Positions 58,216-64,000 of a stretch of 64,000 nt of DNA are shown one piece after another. How positions within the stretch are numbered: the first letter of the stretch is position 1; every line of letters starts with the position of its first letter. The position numbers were made by a program, and so were the translations under genes. Origin of the DNA: Schizosaccharomyces osmophilus (lineage: Eukaryota); the NCBI RefSeq assembly GCF_027921745.1, contig NC_079239.1, positions 1,302,001 through 1,366,000 on the forward strand. Direction: 5' to 3'. Below the pieces are notes generated by a model. It was given only the letters and a program-made list of their open reading frames with translations. It was not told where the DNA came from and made no database searches.

Positions 58216-58552
58216 TCGATTCTATGAAATCCCAACTCTTAAACCTCGGTCGGTACGTTTGGGTAGAAAGCCATCTCTAAATAGTTGCACACTTAGCGAT
58301 CACCTGCTTCTCAGAAACTACCGAGATAAAGGAGTCATTCGTCTCGATCAAGATTGTTTGTTTAAGTTTCCCAAACACCAAACGGTAATATTATATATAA
58401 TCACTTAGTTCACATCCTAGGGAAGAGTCAGTGACATCACGCAACATTGAAGTAAGTGAAATTAGAAGTTAACTAGTACATACAACTTTTCAATTCAATA
58501 CGGTATTCATAACAAGTCAAAATCGTTGGTTTAAGCTTACCGTTTTTTCAAA

Positions 58553-61500
58553 ATGAGTGAAGAAGCTACGACAGCTCAACACTCTAGAAAAGCTTCTACT
58601 TCTAGCTCGTCGTCCAAAAATAATAAAGGTGTGTGGGAATTTTGGCACTTGAACCGTCATCGTTTCTCGTGTTAAATCTGGGTGGAAATACTAACTAAAA
58701 ATTTATTTTAGAAATTCAAACAGGTTTGAAGCAACTCCAATTACTACAGGGTACGTAAAACCTATGAATGCATTTTCGTTGGGAACGGAGATCCGTCCTG
58801 CTTTGTATATGCTAGCTAGTTTGGAAGGTTTAATTCAAATACTAACTGTTGGCTTACTAGCCTTTCAAAATGGTGATATTGATGAGCTAGATGCTCTGCT
58901 ACAAAACCATAGCCGGGAAGATTGCACTTTTGCTTTATTCCTCTGCATTCAATGCGCAAATGCTTCTATGGTAAAACATATTTTATCCGTTTTTGATGTT
59001 GATCTTAATGCATACGATAAAAACCAAAATACGGTATGTATTTCTTCGTTGCTTGGATGAATCTCCCAAGAGGAAATGATTTGACACATTTGGGTTTCCA
59101 GGTTAAAGCGAGAATGACTTTATCGTCTGATTGAATGCTTTACTAACAAAATCTAGCCCCTACATTTAGCTGCTATGGCAGGCCGCCAGGACGTTGTGGA
59201 AACTCTATTATTACACCCTGACATAAATTATAATCTCCTAAATGGGAACAATTTAAAGGCCTGGCAGGTTGCCTCTTCTAATACTCTGGCGGATTTCATG
59301 AAAGGTAAGAATGCCAGTTTTTGTAGTATTTGCCGTTCATTAACACAAAAAAGGTTTCTGTGCAATGTATACCAAGGAAACGGCCCGCGAATTTAAGCAT
59401 GCCTTTGAAGAACGAAATTTTGATACATTGGACTATTTGATGAGACATAATGAATACAACTCTGCCATCGATCTAAATGAAATCGATGTTGATACTGGAC
59501 AAACCTATTTACATCTTGCAACAAAGGCTAAGGACGTGGAGCTCGTCAGTTGGTTACTCAACCATAATGCTGATCCTTTTCGCCGAGACAAGTTTGGGAA
59601 ACTTCCTGTAGATTACACAAGGGACGAGAGCTTGCGTAGCCTATTTCGGAACCAGACTTCTGAAACAACTTCTCAACCGCCTTCTTCTGTTGACCCAAAT
59701 ATCTCTGGTTATTTGAAAAAATGGACCAACTATAAGTCAGGCTATAAGCTGAGATGGTTTAGCCTACGTAATGGTGTGTTATCTTATTACAAGAACCAAG
59801 ACGATGCTTCTTCTGCCTGTCGTGGATCTATCAATTTAAGTTTAGCTCGGCTAGTTTATGATCCCAAACAGCCTACTATTTTTCAGGTCATCGGAAGGGG
59901 TTCTGTTCGCTATAGTGTTAAGGCTAACTCACCTGTGGAAGCGCACCGATGGATCGATGCCATCGCGTTTGCTATTGAACACGACCAGGAAAATGAAAAA
60001 CAAAAAAATTCAGATGCTGTGTCCATTGGTACTTACGATATTCCAGTACCAACGAACCAAGGTATGATGTTTAGCTCCGAACATTTGCCATGGAACGAAA
60101 CCGATTCTTATGCTGGTTCGGATGATGAACACGAAGAAGATATGCCTCACCGAGAGAGTTATGAATTTAACATGAACATTGCCAAATACAAGGTGGACAT
60201 TATGCATAGCCTGATTAATTCAGCGATTTCACACGATAAGTACAAACAAGACCCAGCTCTAATGCAGGTGTTTGAAGGAATCGAAGATGCCTTTAGTACT
60301 TTAGAGAATAATGTTATCGAGATTCTACATCTTCAGCATGAAGCAGAAATTCACTATAAACGAAAGCTAGAAAACGCTACCAGAATCAATGCTTTATGGG
60401 CTGAAAACTTGAAAACAGTCGTTGAAGAACAAGACCAAATCGAAGAACGCTATCACAGGAGCGAAAATCACCGTAGACGTACTAAACGTGCGCTTCGTAA
60501 ATTGGCTTCTTCAATAAAAAATGACAAAAACAATGGCCAGTTTAACGAGACTGCATCTTTATCTTCAACTTCTTTATCAAGTGATTTTAGCGAAGAGGAT
60601 CAAGAGAATGACAGGGACACCTTCTTCGATGCTAACGCTAATCAAACGCCCTCTCGTATTCAGTCTCCGTCCAAAGAGACTCCTCCGGCGGTTGGCCAGT
60701 ATCCCTTTGACGATTCCCCTGTTCCTACAGCCGGTCAATATCCTACTGATGAAACATCTGCCCCATCTGGTGAACGCTATCCTCCCACTGAAACATCTGT
60801 TCCTCCTAGTGAACGCTATCCTCCCGCTGAAGAGTTTGCTCCTCCTGGTGGACATGATCACCCCGCTAAAGCATCTGCTCCTTCTGGTGAACGCTATCCT
60901 CCCGCTGAAGAGTTTGCTCCTCCTGGTGGACATGATCACCCCGCTAAAGCATCTGCTCCTTCTGGTGAACGCTATCCTCCCGCTGAAGAGTTTGCTCCTC
61001 CTAATGAACAAGATTCCCGGGCTAGAGCATCTGCTCCTTCTGGTGATCACTATCCTCCCACTGAAGATGCTTCATCCAAAATGAATGAGAAACCTGTCTT
61101 CCAGGGTAACTCGCCTGGCACAGAAGCTCCAGAACATCCTCCTTATTCTGCACCCATTGGTGCTAGTGGCGTTGCAGGCGATAGGAAAAATAATGAAAAG
61201 CAAGCACCAACGGAGGAACCTAAATCAGATTCTCGTTCTTTGGATCTTCAAAAATCATTCCATGGTTATGAGGCACCTCTTCGATTGGATTTAGGGATAA
61301 AAGATGACCGTCCAAAAATTAGTCTTTGGAGTATTTTGAAGGGAATGATTGGTAAAGATATGACAAAGATGGCTTTACCCGTTAGTTTTAACGAGCCTAC
61401 TAGCCTTTTACAACGTGTTGCGGAAGACATGGAATATACCGATTTGCTCGAGATTGCATCTCAACAAAAGGATCCAGCTTGGCGTGCTTTATATGTTGCT

Positions 61501-62445
61501 GCCTTTGCTGCTTCAGAATATGCAAGTACCATCAATCGTGTCGCAAAACCTTTTAATCCGTTGTTAGGTGAAACTTACGAATTATGCCGTCCTGATAAGG
61601 GATACCGCTTTCTAATCGAGCAAGTTAGTCATCATCCTCCTATTGGTGCTGCATACTCGGAATCTTTGAATTGGAAATACTACGGAGAATCAAGTGTAAA
61701 ATCAAAATTTTATGGTAAAAGCTTTGATATATCTCCTCTTGGCACTTGGTATTTGGAACTTAAAACTCCTTCAGGAAATGTGGAACTATTTACATGGAAA
61801 AAGATTACATCTTCAGTAGTGGGAATTATTAGTGGAAGTCCTACTATAGATAACTATGGCCAGATGATGGTTCAGAATCATTCGAGTCATGTAAACTGTC
61901 TCTTGGAGTTCAAACCTCGCGGCTGGCGTGGCACTAATGCCTATGAAGTAAAAGGAAGTATTCAATCTTCAAGCGATACTCCTGAATACACTGTGAATGG
62001 CCATTGGGACGACAAAATATTTGCTTACAATGCTGGTAGTAACAAGACAATGCTATGGCAAAATCATGAGCGACCACCTCGTCCTTTTAACCTGACGCCG
62101 TTCGCCATTTCTTTGAATGCTTTAACTGACGAACTTAAACCATGGTTACCTCCTACGGATACTCGTTGGCGACCTGATCAGAGAGCAATGGAAGTAGGTC
62201 AATATGATTTTGCCGCTGACGAGAAAAGCAGGGTTGAAGAGAAGCAAAGAACCAAAAAGAAAATGCGTGATCTAGGACAAATAGAAGAATGGAAACCAAA
62301 ATGGTTTTCACAACAGAAGCATCCCGTCACTGGTGAAGAATATTGGATGTTCAATGGTGATTATTGGAACGTAAGAGAGGAAGCTGGTAAAGCAAACCTC
62401 TCTGGTCAATCATTCGAATGGCCCGGCGCTGACGATATTTTTTGA
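58553..62445 (+). CDS. osh2: Long oxysterol-binding-protein homologue (ankyrin-PH-FFAT-ORD), 5 exons (58553-58628, 58712-58750, 58861-59033, 59157-59304, 59354-62445)
   Basis: Ankyrin T|PLHLAA and TYLHLA, PH domain GYLKKWTNY...RWF, FFAT-like DTFFDA, ORD motifs [12 protein letters not shown] and EQVSHHPP; all splice junctions keep the frame. Confidence 0.9.
60691..61068 (+). repeat. Coding tandem repeat inside osh2: 39-nt monomer (about 10 copies) with a 78-nt higher-order unit
   Basis: GAACGCTATC at 60772, 60811, 60889 and 60967 (spacing 39, 78, 78). Confidence 0.92.
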
Positions 62446-62590
62446 TATGCATAATACAGTGTTTATTATACTTAGTATGAATGAATAAGAATTATTTAAA
62501 TATGCCTAAAAACCACACTATCATTTATAGACTACAAAAATTACGAGGAAGATACGTATATTTTGAGGACAAGATGATGAAAATTTCATT

Positions 62591-63154
62591 TTAAGCAGCA
62601 GTAATAGCCTTACGAGCAGCCAAGTTGCGAGCCTTAGCACCTTGCTTCAAAGAAACACGGGCAACCTTATCTTGAGCCTTAGGAACAGCGTCCTCTTCCT
62701 CAGCAACAATAACTTCAATGTGGCAAGGATGAGACAAGTAGGCAGTGACACGACCATAAGCACGGTAGGTACGGCGGTGTTGCTTAGGGGCAGCGTTGAC
62801 TTGAATGTGCTTGATGGCCAACTTGTCCATATCCAAACCCTTGGACTCAGCGTTAGCCTCGGCATTCTTCAAAAGGTCAAGGATAACCTTGACAGACTTT
62901 TGGGGCCAACGAGCTTGAGTGACACCGAATTCCTTGCCTTGAGCAGTACGGCCAACACCTCCGTTGAAGCGACGGAAGGGAACAGCTTGCTTGTGATCAA
63001 GGACGTTGTCCATGAAAGCAAAGGCCTTCTTTAGGTTCATGCCATTAATGGTAAAGGCAACTTCACGAGTATTCTTAAAGTGAGTTCTCAAGTAAGCACC
63101 ACGAGCTCTGGCGCACTTGGTCTCAACAGCAGGTGAAGCGGAATAGCGGGCCAT
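62591..63154 (-). CDS. rpl1701: 60S ribosomal protein uL22 (L17)
   Basis: MARYS...LRTHFKNTREVA...VPFRRFNGGVGRTAQ...RRTYRA; paralogue number is from synteny only. Confidence 0.95.
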   Translation of the reverse strand: MARYSASPAVETKCARARGAYLRTHFKNTREVAFTINGMNLKKAFAFMDNVLDHKQAVPFRRFNGGVGRTAQGKEFGVTQARWPQKSVKVILDLLKNAEANAESKGLDMDKLAIKHIQVNAAPKQHRRTYRAYGRVTAYLSHPCHIEVIVAEEEDAVPKAQDKVARVSLKQGAKARNLAARKAITAA

Positions 63155-63228
63155 TGCTACTTTTGTTGTGGTAAAAGGCTAGTGCTATCTGTATGGGTTT
63201 CGTCTTTCTGGTTTCTGTTGTTTCGTTT

Positions 63229-63258
63229 CGTGACTGGTTTGAACCATTAGGGTAGGGT
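63229..63258 (-). promoter_or_regulatory. Homol E + Homol D ribosomal-protein promoter module
   Basis: On the gene strand ACCCTACCCT (63258-63249) is followed by CAGTCACG (63236-63229), about 75 nt upstream of the ATG. Confidence 0.85.
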
Positions 63259-63539
63259 TGAGTTATTAAGGACAGTATGTAAGGTACGACACTAAAAAAT
63301 AAAAAGTTTTCCTTATGCCTCGCTCAGTTAATTTAGGACAGGACTAGACAGTGCGTACCATTGCTGTAAGTGAGTGTTTTTACGGTACGCTGTAAGCTTG
63401 AAACTTTTCTTTACCAAAATCGCAAAGTTGGAAAACTTCCATTCTATCTCCCTCGTTGTATTCAATTTGCCTTAGCATCTGAGCTACGGCAATTTACATC
63501 AACGAAGGACGACTACTGTCAAGGGCAAGGTTCCTACAT

Positions 63540-64000
63540 ATGAGCGTCCGAGATTCATGTGATCCCAAAACACTTAGGAAGTTGTGCGAGCAGAATTATG
63601 ATAAGAGTAACGCACTTCTTTCCGTCTTGAAAGAGAGTTTGACGAAGCTTGGAAATGAGTTGGATACTCTGATTGAGAAGAATCAAGTATTATTTCGTAC
63701 TGAAAATGGGAATGTAGTGGAAGGATCGAAACGCTCAACCAAAACTAAGAAAAATGGTAATGGAGGAAGGTCAAAGGACCCAAAGCGACCGACGGCGGAG
63801 GCGAATTCTGGGAAACTGGAAAATCGCAAGGAATGGAAGCAGCTTTTGTCTGTAAATTCTAAAATTGCTGCACTTATGGGCGAGATTTTGCTGACAGATG
63901 TCTCGTTTTCTTTAGATAAGGATATTTTGACTGTAATATGGACGAAGGTTCATTATCGAGTTATTTCCTTTTTGAAACACAAGATTATTCAGGCGTCCAG
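63540..64000 (+). CDS. ebs1: 5' part of an EST1/SMG5-7 family protein (Ebs1-like), running off the window
   Basis: ATG at 63540, frame open to the end. ILLTDVSFSLDKDILTVIWTKVHY resembles the SMG7/EST1 segment LVTDLEYALDKKVEQDLW; synteny with rpl17. Confidence 0.68.
   Translation, partial: MSVRDSCDPKTLRKLCEQNYDKSNALLSVLKESLTKLGNELDTLIEKNQVLFRTENGNVVEGSKRSTKTKKNGNGGRSKDPKRPTAEANSGKLENRKEWKQLLSVNSKIAALMGEILLTDVSFSLDKDILTVIWTKVHYRVISFLKHKIIQAS

Noticed and set aside
60521..61084. Alternative-frame and antisense repetitive ORFs inside osh2
   Set aside because: By-products of the stop-free 39/78-nt repeat.

Overview
Eukaryotic, gene-dense euchromatic DNA from a fission yeast (Schizosaccharomyces). 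The proteins resemble S. pombe orthologues as I recall them but are clearly diverged, so probably a sister species such as the S. octosporus/cryophilus/osmophilus group (inference). Short introns have GT(A/T)NGT donors, CTAAC-type branch points and YAG/AAG acceptors. About 30 protein genes are supported: a truncated gene at the left edge (ppr4 by synteny), dtd1, a disordered repeat protein, cgs1, fhl1, vps32, get3, ctr5, dhr1, an orphan, cwp1, a small mitochondrial protein, nxt1, scm3, a mam3-like adhesin, an ornithine-cyclodeaminase-family enzyme, a NAT/NCS2 purine permease, an MFS transporter, pfa3, gua1, klp5, cay1, cox7, rep2, mrpl35, atf21, ceg1, rpl8, osh2, rpl17 and the start of ebs1. 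Features missing from the ORF track include a required 4-nt micro-exon in dtd1, a three-exon cox7, a snR54-type C/D snoRNA in the gua1 intron, a dense one-strand cluster of HMG-box motifs upstream of the adhesin, FLEX/forkhead and Homol D/E promoter elements, a 15-bp inverted repeat upstream of ctr5, and a Ser-to-Ala change in the IMPDH catalytic loop. I saw no tRNA, rRNA, CRISPR array or transposon, and no convincing wholly new multi-gene system. The most unusual stretch is the adhesin/OCD/permease/MFS block at about 26-37.5 kb. Gene names rest on recognised motifs plus remembered S. pombe gene order; no database searches were run.
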